This document shows, in pieces, positions 47,385-56,736 of a DNA stretch of 64,000 bases. Position 1 is the first letter of the stretch, and each line of letters begins with the position of its first letter. Made by a program: the position numbers and the translations under genes. The stretch spans positions 87,874 to 151,873 of the forward strand of contig QJZC01000011.1 of the NCBI GenBank assembly GCA_003247575.1, given 5' to 3'. The notes beneath the pieces are model-generated. The model was not told where the DNA came from. It saw only the letters and a list, made by a program, of their open reading frames with translations, and did not search any database. The stretch comes from Pseudomonadota bacterium. Lineage in GTDB: Bacteria > Myxococcota_A > UBA9160 > SZUA-336.

Positions 47385-49277
47385 CTAGGCGGTCGAGTGT
47401 CGCTGGTTCAGCGACCAGGAGACCCGGGAGAGGAACTCGTCGAGCGAGAAGGGCTTGTGGAGAAGCGGGTAGCCAATGATCTCACCGCCCTCTTCAGATC
47501 TACCCTCGAGTGATTCGGGACTCGAGTACCCCGTCATGAAGAGCACGCAGAGCTCTTGATCGCTCTCTTTTTCGAGACGACGCACGAATTCGATCCCGTC
47601 CATGTTGGGCATACGCAGGTCCGCCACGACTAGATCGAAGCACTCAACACCTCGCTCCTTTGCTCTGCAGAGGCCCTCCGCTCCATCGGCTGCCTCGGTC
47701 ACGTCGTATCCAGCCTTCTGGAGTGCCCGCGCGAGGACACGGCGCAGGGACGCTTGGTCGTCGACGAGCAGAATGGACCCAGAGCATTCCTCGAGGGTCG
47801 TCGTCTGTGGGCGTTCCGACGTCTCGATCGCCTGTGGCTCGACACATGGCAGGCGAATGGAGATCGTCGTTCCCTCTCGAGGCGCCGACTTTACTTGAAT
47901 AGAGCCGCCGCTCTGCGAGATCGTCCCGTGCACCATGGCCATTCCAAGGCCTGTCCCCTGCCCTTCGGCCTTGGTCGTGAAGAACGGCTCGAAGATTCGT
48001 TCTCGCGTGGGCTCGTCCATACCTTCGCCGTTGTCCGCCACGCGCACCAGCACCGATCCGTGTATGTGCCGGTCGCCTCTGGGCACGGCGGGACGCGCTT
48101 CGTCGTCCATTTCGGCCTGCTGCGTGTCTTCCCAGCACACATCGACAGCGATCCGACCACGCTCGGTCCCGGTCGCTGCGATGGCCTGACGAGCGTTGAG
48201 TACGAGGTTGGCCATCACCTGCTCGAGCTTGGCCCGATCTGCGCGGATCGGTGCGAGTGATCGTGCGATCGTGATCTTTAGCTCGATCGCGGGGCCCGTG
48301 AGCCCCTTGAGCATGGGCGTGAGCTGTTTGACCACGTCCCCGACGTCGAGCAGCTCAGGCTTCAGGATCTGGCGACGACCGAACGCGAGGAGCTGCCCCG
48401 TCAGATCTGCGGCGCGCTGCGTTGCATCGGTCACTCCCTTGAGTGACTCCAGCTGGGACTTCGTCGTGAGCTCTCCGCGCAACAGCTCGGCATACGACAG
48501 GATCACCGTGAGCATGTTGTTGAAGTCGTGAGCGACGCCACCCGCTAGGCGGCCGATTGCGTCGAGCCTCTGCGCCTGCTCGAGCCTTGCCTCGAGGGCT
48601 CGCCGATCGGCTTCGACTCGCTCGGTGGCTTGCAGCTGGGAGCGGTAGGCAAAGTGGATGAGCCCGAAGGCAGCTGGTAGAGCGATCCCCGTGAAGAGTG
48701 CGAGCCCAAGCAGCCAGGGCCTAGAGGTGGCACCATGGTCGGCGGCCAAAGCCTCCGCAGGGATATGTACGCCGATCAGCCCACCGAGCTCCGAAGAGTA
48801 GGAGAACGAGACCACCTGGTGCTCACCCGCCGACGAAATATCCTCGCCGGTCCAGTCTGCCTTTGCATCCAGCAAGTCGCCGATCGTTGGCGCGCTCGGG
48901 CTCGGTGTCGTGGCGAGGGATTGCCGCGAAAAGTCTCTCCCGACTCGTTCCGGCGATTGGGTATGAATGCCCAACTCCCCGTCTCCCCGTATGAAGCAGA
49001 GAAAGCGGCCGAGCTTTGCCACGCCGAGCTGATCCCATGCGCTCAGCACCGCTCGAGTGGAGGGAGACTCGGGTGTCGCTCGGTGAAGCTCCTCGGCGAG
49101 ACGGCGCACCGCGTGGCTGAGGATCTCGTTGGACTGCTGAGCCTCTCGCGTCACGGCGCGCGTACTCGCGCGGTAGGCGCTCGCTCCTACGATGACTGCG
49201 AACACGATGACGAGTAGGAGCAGGGTGCCGGCGATACGAGTGACGCGATGCTGAGACACGGCGCGGCGGTTCGGCAT
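47385..49277 (-). CDS. Hybrid sensor histidine kinase (two TM helices, periplasmic sensor, HisKA-HATPase, C-terminal receiver)
   Basis: H-box [16 protein letters not shown] boxes [24 protein letters not shown]. Receiver ILLVDDQ...[14 protein letters not shown]...LHKP. ATG at 49277 follows GAGGTGGGA. Confidence 0.85.
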   Translation of the reverse strand: MPNRRAVSQHRVTRIAGTLLLLVIVFAVIVGASAYRASTRAVTREAQQSNEILSHAVRRLAEELHRATPESPSTRAVLSAWDQLGVAKLGRFLCFIRGDGELGIHTQSPERVGRDFSRQSLATTPSPSAPTIGDLLDAKADWTGEDISSAGEHQVVSFSYSSELGGLIGVHIPAEALAADHGATSRPWLLGLALFTGIALPAAFGLIHFAYRSQLQATERVEADRRALEARLEQAQRLDAIGRLAGGVAHDFNNMLTVILSYAELLRGELTTKSQLESLKGVTDATQRAADLTGQLLAFGRRQILKPELLDVGDVVKQLTPMLKGLTGPAIELKITIARSLAPIRADRAKLEQVMANLVLNARQAIAATGTERGRIAVDVCWEDTQQAEMDDEARPAVPRGDRHIHGSVLVRVADNGEGMDEPTRERIFEPFFTTKAEGQGTGLGMAMVHGTISQSGGSIQVKSAPREGTTISIRLPCVEPQAIETSERPQTTTLEECSGSILLVDDQASLRRVLARALQKAGYDVTEAADGAEGLCRAKERGVECFDLVVADLRMPNMDGIEFVRRLEKESDQELCVLFMTGYSSPESLEGRSEEGGEIIGYPLLHKPFSLDEFLSRVSWSLNQRHSTA

Positions 49278-49588
49278 TCCCACCTCGGCTGTCCTTTCCT
49301 TCGGGGCAAGCCTTCGGGGCTTCGGGGCAAGCACTCTCAGGGCAAGCACTCTCGTGGGCAGGTTGACGTTCGGCGAACTCGTTGGCGGTAGACGGATCCG
49401 AGCTCTGCGCGTGCGACGTCAACGCTTTTCGATCTTAGAGGATTTCGCGGAAAAGAGTAGCTAGTTGTGCGTCGAGCGATCTTCTTCTGGGCCGTCGATG
49501 ACCGCGTCGCGAGAAAGTCGTGGGCCGCGGCTGATGGTGCCCCGGTGGCTGGCTCTGTAGCAAGTGACGCGACGGGGCCGCCCCCTCG

Positions 49589-52500
49589 TCACTCGAACCC
49601 TACGCTGCGGGACGCCAGAGTCAGATCGCGAGCCACGGATTCGATCACGTCGATCAGGTGACGCACGGATTCCTCCGACCGGCGAGAGCCTGATACATAG
49701 AGCAAGGAACGCGCCCGCGTGAGCGCTGAGTAGAGTGGCCGTGCGAGGACACGCCCCTGACGGGTCACGAAGCCGTCGACTCCAGGAACACAGATGATCT
49801 CCGCTTCGTATCCCTTGAAGGAGTGTGCCGTCGTGACGACGAGTGTGTCCTCGGCCTCGGAGAACGTGCCGCTGCGTTGCTCGCGGACGATCACCGAGAG
49901 CGACTCGAGGGCTGGTCGGAGTTGGTGGATCAACTGCACGCGAAAGGGCGTGCCGTTCGCAAGGATGGGAATTCGACTCGGTGCGACGCCCTCGCGCCCT
50001 ATCCAGTGAACCAGTATCTCCGTCAAGGCACTCAGCTCGGCTGTCAGTGTGTCGAAGATCCGCACGCTCGGAGTGGGACCGTGCGCCTGGGCGAAGTCCG
50101 CTCGCCACCAAGAGCGCGTGTGGATGCGATCCGAAACGATCTGGCCGCGCGCTACTCGTTCCGCATGATCTGGGTCGGGGGACAGGTCCTCGAGCCGATC
50201 CAGCACGTTGAGCGCGAATTCGGCGATCGGTCGTGTACCCCGGAAGCTCTGGTCGAGCACTGCCGAGCGTCCGCGCATGTCGAGCCCGAGGCTGGACCAG
50301 CGCGGTGTGCCACGCCCGTAGATGTTCTGCGCATTGTCGTACAAGATGTGGATGGGTCGGTGAGTCGGTTGGGCCGGTGATCTGGCCGGCAGTAGGAATG
50401 CGCAGAGTTCCAGCACGCTCGGCCCGAGGTCTTGTGCCTCGTCTACGAAGGCGGCCGTTGCGAGGGGCGCGACGCGGCGCCGTCTCAACGTCTCGAGAAG
50501 GCGTTCGGCGCGCGCCTCGATGGCGTAGCGATCCAGATCCGTGAGCGTGATCGAGAAACGCGATGCGAGGAATTGGAGCCAGTCGGGGACGTGCCACAGA
50601 TCTACGTAGTCCCAAGGGAACGCGCGGCTGGATTCCAGCCGGCGCCACTGAGTCTCGACGAGATCGACGATCAGGTGCCCGAGTGAGCGGTTCCCATAGA
50701 GAATCCAGAATCGCTCGTGCGATGAGGCTCGCGGCGTTCCGCTGCGGGGTGGGGTGGCGGAGCGGACTGCCTGAGCCAGCCATGCGGCCAACAGAAAGGT
50801 CTTCCCGCTCCCAGCGACACCGCGCACGAGCCGCGGTCCCCCATCGAGTCGGAGCCTGGCGAGACGCTCCTGTTCCGCACTGGGAACCGCCCGGAGGCGA
50901 GTGCGTTCCTCGAGCTGAGCGCCCAGTGTGGCCGGGTCTCTCCGCAGCCGCTCGCTGGGTACGTGGCGAACGTGCGCTTGCACCACACGCCAGACTCCGC
51001 GCTGCAGGACCCTGGGCGCGAGCAGGGTCGCGAGCGGCGACAAGTAGGGCTCGCGCATCTCGTCGCGGCTCGATACGACGACCAACAGATCGCGTGCACG
51101 GCTAATTCCGACGTTCACGAGGCGCTGCCACTCGCGGTGAGGCCACGAGGTGCTGCTTGCGTGCACGGTGTCGAAGATCACGAATCTCGCCTCGGAGCCC
51201 TGCTGCCTGTGCAAGGTGGATGCAGTCCAGTTAGAGGTTCGTGTCGCCAGCTGCGGCCGCGCGGACCCCGGGATGCGCGGATCGCGGCCGGGTCCGTGGT
51301 GTCCTCGTCGAGCACGTACCAGAGGGCACGCGGTTGACCCTGCAGCGGCGGATCGAGGTCGTGCCAGTCCAGAGTCTCGCGAACGACGACCTTGCGGCTG
51401 TCCTGCAGCTGGTCTGCATAGAGATAGCGTGAGACGACCCTACGAATCTCCGGGAGCATGCGGTGCTGCTCGCGGAGGAACTGAACTCCGGGTCGCCCGG
51501 CATCCTCGATGTCGAGATGGCCGAGTGCGCTCTCGGACAGCCAACGTGCCTGGTGCGAGGGCAACAGCCGCGCGACTCGGGAAATGGGGGCCAGCTGCCG
51601 GGGGTCTCCGACCAGGAGGAATCGGTTCGCGGCGAGCAGGCTCAGCGCCGCTGCCGCCGCTCGCGAGACCAGGCCGGCTTCGTCGAGAATCACCGTATGA
51701 AAGGGAGCTTGCTGCTGCTCCAGGGCCAGCGCGACCGCCGGATCCTGGAGCATGCGCAGGGCCGCAAAACAGGTGCAGGCGACGAGCCGGTACCTGCGCT
51801 CCAGCATTGGCGCCAGGGTGTTCCCTTGAAGGTGTCGAACGAGCTGCCGAGCGCGCCGAAGCAGTCGGGCCCTCTCGACGCCGACCGAATCGGGCTCCCG
51901 GCCTAGCTTCCGAAGAGCGCGTCCTACCTCGAGGACCGCTCCGTCGGTCGCCCGGTTCGTCGGCGAGACCAGCAGCACGCGCTCCGACGGCTGTCCGCGG
52001 AGCCGTTCTGCGACGCCGTTTCCGATCGTATAGGTCTTTCCGGTCCCCGGAGGGCCCCAGAGGATGCTCCATGCATGGTTCCAGAGCCCGCTAGGCTCGG
52101 GCGCGCGGCCACTAACGGCAGCCCCGAGACCTCTGGCCTGGCGCCACCTTGCGCTGCTCGCAGGGCAGCACAGAGACGTTCCTGGATCGGGCTCTCGGGC
52201 GCCGTTCCGTAGACGGCGTCGAGAGCGGCCAGGAAGTCGAACGGGTGAGCGATCAGCTCGCCAGGGGTCGGTTCGAGCTCGGGATCTGGGCCGTCGACGT
52301 AGATCGCGTTGGCGAGCTCGTCTACCTGGAGAACCTCGCCCTGCCAGGCGCGTTCCTTCTCTGGGCCCCAGATCGCGATCTCGTGGAGGTCGTCCCGGCC
52401 AGTCGGAACGGACGTGAGGTGAGCAGGTAGGCCGGGGCAGTGCTGCACGACGCGGGCGCCTTCCCAGGTCCAGTCTGCGTCGGGGAGCCGCTCGACCTCG

Positions 52501-52661
52501 AGACGGTACAGTCCAGGCTCGGCAGTGACTGCGTGCACGGCGGTGCACGCGAGCTTCTGCGGCCGCTCGCTTGCCCGGCGTTCGTCGGCGATCGCGTGCG
52601 CCACCTCACGGAGCTGCGCGAGCTCGCCCTTGGAGAGGCTCAGGGGACGCGTTCTCGGCAT
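49589..52661 (-). pseudogene. Tandem SF1 helicase gene split over three reading frames (N-terminal domain + Upf1/DNA2-like AAA_11/AAA_12 core + UvrD-like helicase)
   Basis: Frame 1 (52661 to ~52100) is the N-terminal domain. Frame 2 (~52110 to ~51250) carries LWGPPGTGKTYT, VILDEAG, LVGDPRQLAP, REQHRM. Frame 3 (~51250 to 49589) carries TLHRQQGSEARFVIFD, LVNVGISRARDLLVVV, then a second helicase (VRGVAGSGKTFLL, AFVDEAQDL, HSFKGYEAEI, LYSALTRARSLLYV). Outside these stretches each frame turns into Arg/Ser-rich sequence. The largest intact ORF segment is 49589..51214. Confidence 0.7.
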
Positions 52662-52712
52662 TCGTCGAGCGTATAGGGCGGTGAGGCTGCCCGAAAGCCG
52701 CGAGCGTGGAGT

Positions 52713-54062
52713 TCAGGGAGCGGACGGCTTCGCGCGGGAACCCGTGCGACGAAACGAGATCTGATGCTGCCGGTAGAACGCGCGCGCTTCCTCATGACCT
52801 TGCATGGCGGCTCGGGTCAGCCAGAGCCGACTCTCCCGGGGATCGGGCTGCACTCCAGTTCCCGAGGTATAGAGTTTTCCGAGCCAGAATTGAGCGTCGG
52901 GCTCCCCTTCGATCGCCGCCTGCCGGTAGAGCGCGACGGCGCGCGCGAGATCGCGCTCGGTCCCCACTCCCGCTTCGTAGAGCCGCCCGAGCCAGTAGCG
53001 TGCGTGTGCGTGACCGTGCTGCACCGCTTGTTCGAGCCACTTGTGAGCGTCTGCCGCAGCTTCGTCCGCGACCGGCGTGCGCAGGCCGTCGATGAGCAGA
53101 TAACCGATGCGCGCTTCGGCCTGCGCGAGGCCGCCGGTCGCGGCGGTGCGGTAGAGCTCCATCGCTCGCGCTCGGTCGGCGGGAACTCCAAGGCCTGCAT
53201 CGTAGAGCTGAGCCGTGCTGTACGAGGCACGCACCAGACCGCTGGCTCGGGCCCGCTCGAACCAGCGAAGTGCAGCTGTGTAGTCCTGCTCGACGCCCCA
53301 GCCTTCCACGTGGAGTCGGCCGAGCAGCTCCTGAGACCGTGGGTCTCCGTTCGAGGCGAGCTTCTGCACGACCGTCGCTCCGGCCGCGTACTCCCCGTTC
53401 CAGATCGCGAGCTGTGCCCTTCGAAAGGCTGGGGATTCACCCTTGGACGGCTCGCGCAGCTTCAGCTCGAGCTGCCCGATCCGCCTCACCCAGTGCGTGC
53501 GCTCCTCCTCGTCGAGCTCTCTGCCCCTGCGTGCGTACGTGATCGTGTGCGTCCCGGTCTCGCCTGCGATCAGCCGCATCAGGCTGTGCTGAGCGGGTTG
53601 TCCCACGCAGCCTGTGTGCCACCATTCGTAAAGCAGGTCGCCGGGGCGGCTCGGCAGGTCGCGGCTCTGCAAAGTTGGGCACTGCGCCCGCATCGAGTCG
53701 AGAAGCGCCTGCTTCGCGTTGGTCAGATCGAAGCGGCTGCGGCCGAAGGTGACGTTCCAGGCGAGCAGCTGCGTCCAGTTCGAGAGGTCTTCGTTCGGTG
53801 GGACGAACTCCTTGCGCGCATAGGACGGACTCACTCCTCGGAACGCGACGTGCCAGTCTGCAGCCGGCAGATCGAACTCTATCGACTCCGGCGGATCTTC
53901 GTACTCTGCTCCCGTCATCGCCTCGCAAGCGAGCGCGCGCGACGGTGCCCCAGCCAGCACCAAGGCCGCAAGCAACACTCTGCAGAGTCGCCCGGACCGA
54001 AACGGATCCTCCGACCTGGCGCGATGTGCTCGGTCCTTGGCCAATTTCAGCATGTGGTTCAC
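52713..54062 (-). CDS. Sel1-repeat (SLR/TPR-like) lipoprotein
   Basis: Signal/lipobox LLAALVLAGAPSRALAC. C-terminal half has at least 5 Sel1 repeats: LGRLHVEGWGVEQDYTAALRWFERAR; AQLYDAGLGVPADRARAMELYRTAA; YWLGRLYEAGVGTERDLARAVALYRQAA; FWLGKLYTSGTGVQPDPRESRLWLTRAA. Confidence 0.8.
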   Translation of the reverse strand: MNHMLKLAKDRAHRARSEDPFRSGRLCRVLLAALVLAGAPSRALACEAMTGAEYEDPPESIEFDLPAADWHVAFRGVSPSYARKEFVPPNEDLSNWTQLLAWNVTFGRSRFDLTNAKQALLDSMRAQCPTLQSRDLPSRPGDLLYEWWHTGCVGQPAQHSLMRLIAGETGTHTITYARRGRELDEEERTHWVRRIGQLELKLREPSKGESPAFRRAQLAIWNGEYAAGATVVQKLASNGDPRSQELLGRLHVEGWGVEQDYTAALRWFERARASGLVRASYSTAQLYDAGLGVPADRARAMELYRTAATGGLAQAEARIGYLLIDGLRTPVADEAAADAHKWLEQAVQHGHAHARYWLGRLYEAGVGTERDLARAVALYRQAAIEGEPDAQFWLGKLYTSGTGVQPDPRESRLWLTRAAMQGHEEARAFYRQHQISFRRTGSRAKPSAP

Positions 54063-54262
54063 CGCGCCCTCACCTCATTTCCATTTCGGGAGTCGTTGCC
54101 AGCTCGGGTGTCGTCGCCGCCTCGAGAGATCCGACTGCGGAGTCCGGATCCCCAGAATGCCACGCTTCCAGGCGTGTTCCCAGCGCCGTGCTGCCCCTGC
54201 AGGCGTTCAGTGTGTCTTGGAGCTGTGCACTCTCGCCTCGCGGCGCGGGCTTGTCGTCCTTA

Positions 54263-54278
54263 AATGATAATTGCTAAC
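54263..54278. promoter_or_regulatory. Fur-box-like sequence upstream of the Met-rich beta-helix gene
   Basis: AATGATAATTGCTAAC sits in a local AT-rich patch. There are 12/19 matches to GATAATGATAATCATTATC, including a perfect AATGATAAT core, ~150 nt upstream of ATG 54429. Confidence 0.3.
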
Positions 54279-54428
54279 CAATGAGTTTCGGCTGCGATCT
54301 TCAGGTGCTAAGCCGATGTCCGCCAAATAACCGCATGGCGATCCGCCGCAGGCATATGCAATTCGGCTCGTTGCGACTAGACTCTCGGTGCTCGCCGCCG
54401 TATGTGGCGGCGTGGATAGGAGAAGCAA

Positions 54429-55526
54429 ATGAAACGACAAGTAGAAATGCTCCGGACGGCAACGGCTGCCGCTGCGCTACTTCTGGCTCCGGCGCTCGCA
54501 TCCGCGAACCATCCGGTCTTGGTCGAGGGTGAGCTCGATTTCGATGGCGACGGGGTCGTCGGTCTAACCGAGGATGACGACGGGGATGCGGTCTTCGGCA
54601 GCATCAACCGCGCGCTTGGCGCAGCTCCCGCGATCGGCCAGAACGGTACGGTCGTCATCGTCACCTCCGGGCGCTTCCCAGAGGTGGTCACAATCACAGG
54701 CCAGGTCACACTCGAGGCCGCACCCGGCGTAGACGCACAGATCGACGCGTTCCTCGTCCCGGCCGATGCGCGCCTGAACGAGTTTCCGACTGCTCAGGCA
54801 GATCCCTTCGCCCTGCAGGCGCGTCCCGGAATCATCATCAACGCGCCACCCAGCCGCCACGTAATTATTCGGAACGTGGGGATCGTGAACTGGACCGATG
54901 GGATCATCATCCAGGGTCAATCGAACGTGTTGCTCGAGAACGTTCGCTCCGAGCACAACATCAGCAACGGGATCAACATCCAAGACCAGGCGGTCGTTAC
55001 GATCAAGAACTCCCAGGTGACCGCGAACGGGTTCCGCCTGAATCCGCGTACGGGTGATTTCCCGGGGGTTGTAGCGCCGACGCCGGGGCTGGGCATCAGT
55101 CTGGGTGCGCAGACGGTGACCGCGATCCGCGACTCCACCATCACCGGCAACTTCCTAGCAGGAATCGCTGCCGCTGCGGGTGCGCGCCTCTCGCTGAGCG
55201 ATTCCCTCGTGTTCGGGAACAACCGTGTTGCTCAGCTCGGTGTGCCGACTCCTCCGCCTCCGATGATGGACGACATGATGATGATGCCCGACGACGGCGG
55301 CATGATGATGATGGACGACGGCGGTGCCATGATGGACGACGGCGGTGCCATGATGGACGACGGCGGTGCCATGATGGACGACGGCGGTGCCATGATGGAT
55401 GACGGCGGTGCCATGATGGACGATGCCCCGGCGACGGACGACGGAGACGGTACCGTGTCGCTGACCGCGGATGACAGTCCAGGTGCTCGGTTGCGGGCGA
55501 TCCTGAGTCGCTTGTTCCAGGACTGA
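54429..55526 (+). CDS. Secreted right-handed beta-helix (PbH1/NosD-like) protein with C-terminal Met/Asp-rich repeat region
   Basis: Signal peptide ...LLLAPALASA. Beta-helix turns: VIIRNVGIVNWTDGIIIQGQSNVLLENVRSEHNISNGINIQDQAVVTIKNSQVTANG. C-terminus: PPPPMMDDMMMMPDDGGMMMMDDGGAMM(DDGGAMM)x4. Confidence 0.8.
   Translation: MKRQVEMLRTATAAAALLLAPALASANHPVLVEGELDFDGDGVVGLTEDDDGDAVFGSINRALGAAPAIGQNGTVVIVTSGRFPEVVTITGQVTLEAAPGVDAQIDAFLVPADARLNEFPTAQADPFALQARPGIIINAPPSRHVIIRNVGIVNWTDGIIIQGQSNVLLENVRSEHNISNGINIQDQAVVTIKNSQVTANGFRLNPRTGDFPGVVAPTPGLGISLGAQTVTAIRDSTITGNFLAGIAAAAGARLSLSDSLVFGNNRVAQLGVPTPPPPMMDDMMMMPDDGGMMMMDDGGAMMDDGGAMMDDGGAMMDDGGAMMDDGGAMMDDAPATDDGDGTVSLTADDSPGARLRAILSRLFQD
55314..55418 (+). 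repeat. Tandem 21-nt coding repeat, 5 copies (GACGACGGCGGTGCCATGATG = DDGGAMM)
   Basis: Five head-to-tail copies at 55314, 55335, 55356, 55377 and 55398. The only difference is one synonymous C>T in copy 5. A degenerate copy encoding PDDGGMMMM precedes them. Confidence 0.95.
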
Positions 55527-55574
55527 CCGACGCCTTATAGGCTTGTGTCCCGCGCACCGCACGGTGCGCGATGC

Positions 55575-55605
55575 GCAGTCCAAGCACGCCCCGTTCGCAC
55601 TGCGA
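55575..55605 (+). terminator. Hairpin after the Met-rich gene (probable terminator)
   Basis: CACGCCCCG...CGGGGCGTG, a 9-bp GC stem with further partial inner pairing, followed by ttgctttgcg. Confidence 0.5.
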
Positions 55606-55685
55606 GCGGGGCGTGTTGCTTTGCGTGTGTGCAGGAGCCCGTCGTAGTCGCGAGGGCTCGGTGGGTTCTTGGAGGGAGCTTCAGT

Positions 55686-56381
55686 TCAGTCCAGCTCTGG
55701 GGCCGGCAAGTTTGGTGAGTATGCCGTGTCGTTGGGCCCAGAGGAACGATTGCCCGTCAGCAGTTCAGCCAGGCTGTCCTGGGTCGCCAGGTCGAGCGAG
55801 TCGAATCGCACGGCGTAGGAGCCAGCCGCGGTCCGCCGAACCACTGTTGCCGGTAGATCGAAGCCGGCGAGCTTTCCCTTGACGACGAGCGTCAAGATCA
55901 GCGATGCCCCGATCTCGGTTCGTACGCGCGTGTCCGAGAGCTGGGCCCCCGTCATCGAGATATCGCGAATGATTCCGCTGTCGCAGAGGTTTGCCGACTC
56001 GACGGCGACCGGGATCACCGACGGCACGCGCGGAGAGACCACCTCGACTCCATGGCTTGCGATCTCACGTCGCTCGAGCTGGCGCACGAAGCGAACGTAG
56101 TCTGCTGGTGGAGCGAGCAGATCGAGCTTGAAGCCGTCCACGGTATCCGAACGTCGGCCACGCCAGCGCACTTTCCCGTCAATGGCGATCGTCGTGGCAT
56201 TGGCTTCGAGTCTGACGCGGACGGAGTCTCCGAGAGGCGGGAGCTGACCCGTGCGTACGAATGCCCCCGTTTCCGACACATTGGTGAGCCAGCCCGTGCC
56301 TCGCACGCTCGCCGCGTGAAACGTCACAGGCTTTAGCTCGCCTTGGAGCCGGGCGGATTTTGCATCGAAGGCGACGGCCAT
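55686..56381 (-). CDS. Tandem PilZ-domain protein
   Basis: Two (D/N)xSxxG motifs: LTNVSETGAFV and IRDISMTGAQL. Beta-barrel-like context. An RxxxR motif is not evident after ATG 56381. The region 56382-56597 of the track ORF has low GC3 and looks non-coding. Confidence 0.7.
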   Translation of the reverse strand: MAVAFDAKSARLQGELKPVTFHAASVRGTGWLTNVSETGAFVRTGQLPPLGDSVRVRLEANATTIAIDGKVRWRGRRSDTVDGFKLDLLAPPADYVRFVRQLERREIASHGVEVVSPRVPSVIPVAVESANLCDSGIIRDISMTGAQLSDTRVRTEIGASLILTLVVKGKLAGFDLPATVVRRTAAGSYAVRFDSLDLATQDSLAELLTGNRSSGPNDTAYSPNLPAPELD

Positions 56382-56736
56382 CGTACGGCGCTTCGGTGCA
56401 GTCTGCCTGATTCTTGAGCTCCTATCAGAAGCTGGTGGAAACGAGCCCAGATCGGACAGGACTGGCCCGCAAAGATTTCCATACATCTGTTTGTGTAGCG
56501 TGGAAGGGGCAAGTTTACGCTCGCTGTAGCAAGTTGAGGTGAAAAGCGAATTCCTGGTGCTCTGGATGCGACTACACTGTCGTTCCGTTATGTGCAACGG
56601 AGCGGGACTTACGCTGCATCGACACGCTTCGCCGTGTGCGAATAGACTAGAGGTACGTCTAGACGGTATTTCAACTCTCTATGAGACGAACCCTCACACT
56701 GTGAAGTGTTCGCATGGCGGGAGGCAGAGGGATCGA

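Noticed and set aside
55314-55418. Regularly spaced 21-nt repeats, possibly CRISPR-like
   Set aside because: The copies are contiguous with no spacers, lie in frame inside a well-supported CDS, and encode a peptide repeat. No cas genes are present.
56382-56597. Upstream extension of the PilZ ORF, which would add an Arg-rich stretch (RIRQTAPKRR) that could serve as the RxxxR c-di-GMP motif
   Set aside because: Third-position GC in this stretch is far below that of the surrounding genes, and the sequence is AT-rich like an intergenic region. I kept the ATG at 56381 but flagged the start as uncertain.
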